Part shown: piece by piece, positions 62,966 to 64,000 of the stretch | Layout: every line of letters starts with the position of its first letter | Position numbering within the stretch: the first letter of the stretch is position 1 | From: Mytilus edulis | Taxonomy: Eukaryota | Reading direction: 5' to 3' | Length of the DNA stretch: 64,000 nucleotides | Assembly: GCF_963676685.1 (NCBI RefSeq) | Contig: NC_092347.1 | Span: forward strand, 744,001 to 808,000 | The notes under the pieces: model-generated | Seen by the model: the letters and a program-made list of their open reading frames with translations, nothing else | The model's database searches: none | What the model was told of the DNA's origin: nothing | Translations under genes and position numbers: made by a program

Positions 62966-63775
62966 ATAAATTGTATGCTCTTTTACATGCACGAGAAGAT
63001 AAAAAGTCATCAATTTATTTTCAAATTTGGGAAGCGTGAATTTGTGATTTGTTATTTTTCTGCATTAAGATTCATATAGATCTATAGAAATTAAAGGGGA
63101 AAATAAAATTGTTGTGCCTTAAGAGTGGTTATATGCTTCTCTATATCAAAAAAAGCCTTTAAACATATTGGATACATATAATTTTTGTATTTGTCATTTT
63201 TTCTTTTTCTTTATTTCAATGTACCGTTATTGAAAAAATAAAGTGTACTTTATAAGTAAGACCAGTTTAACTTGTTATTACCCACAAACTTTTTTAATTA
63301 AAGCAAAATGGATATCTTCTTCCTTTTCCGATTTAAAAGAGGAAACATTGTCTGTGTTATATGGTCTCTGGTATAGAATTGTTTCATTGATACTGATTAT
63401 GTTTCTCAAATTCATATTATTGTGTTGTTTGTAGCTTACGTAATTCCAGTGGGAAATATTTCATGTATAATTTCAGTATAACCAGTCATTAAAAAGTATC
63501 CATATAAATGTGAAAAAAAAATGCCAACGAAAAACGAAAAAAAATTTGAGACGCAATATCGTGTATAATGTCAGAACTATATTTTTAAATTTATAAGAAA
63601 AAAAAATCATGAAGGTCTAGCAAACGTCCTTCACAGTTTAACCTGTATATCAAAAAGAAAATGTGGTATGATAGCCTAGGAGACAACGCATTGTTATCTA
63701 TAGAAGGCTCTGAAATGACAAAAGTAAAACCATTTAAACAAAAAACAAATATGCCATACAGTAACTTACCATACA

Positions 63776-64000
63776 ACAACCACTTAACTACAGGCTCTTA
63801 AAGTCTATTAAATTAATCCAGACTTATTATTTCTAAAATTATCTTTTAACATAAGTTTGTCTTCCCTAAGGTACGAGTACACATCAACATACGACAACCA
63901 TTAAATTACAGGCTCTTAAAGTCTATAAAATAAATCCAGACTTATTTTTCTAAAATTATCCTTTGAGATAAGTTTGTCCTCCCTATGGTACGAGTACACA
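63776..64000. repeat. ~118-bp tandem repeat (at least 2 copies, runs off the edge)
   Basis: caggctcttaaagtcta at 63791 and 63909. Confidence 0.85.

Noticed and set aside
61355-62969. ORFs up to 200 aa with 17-aa periodicity on both strands
   Set aside because: The 51-bp unit is a multiple of three, so several frames stay open by chance. There is no evidence of coding function.
63761-63775. Strong minus-strand donor (G|GTAAGT) as the SLC23 5' UTR exon end
   Set aside because: It adjoins repeat sequence and cannot be supported without transcript data.

Overview
AT-rich, intron-containing animal DNA. The repeat families suggest a mytilid bivalve such as Mytilus (inference from recalled families, not a database search). 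There is one host gene: an apparently intact SLC23/NCS2 transporter on the minus strand, with 10 coding exons (58263->27275, 605 aa when spliced), a non-canonical NAT signature, and a tandem duplicate of its ATG exon whose splice acceptor is dead. The left 27 kb is nested mobile DNA. A CC-ended EnSpm-like non-autonomous element (8664-26584) contains a 64-bp satellite. Inserted in that satellite is a full-length two-gene Harbinger transposon (9445-25481) with a 3-exon DDE transposase carrying one frameshift and an intact 3-exon Myb/SANT gene. Its 10-kb first intron carries a piggyBac fossil, a 34-bp minisatellite and an intact CR1/L2-group LINE whose ORF1 and ORF2 are in frame and separated by a single TAG. 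Other notable items: a hammerhead-ribozyme motif with intact core in the probable SLC23 3' UTR, a composite element with 455-bp direct repeats and a 4-bp TSD (KolobokP-like) inside a Gypsy fossil, a CACTA MITE, a 168-bp hairpin, Helentron-like elements and several satellites. All coordinates were read by hand.
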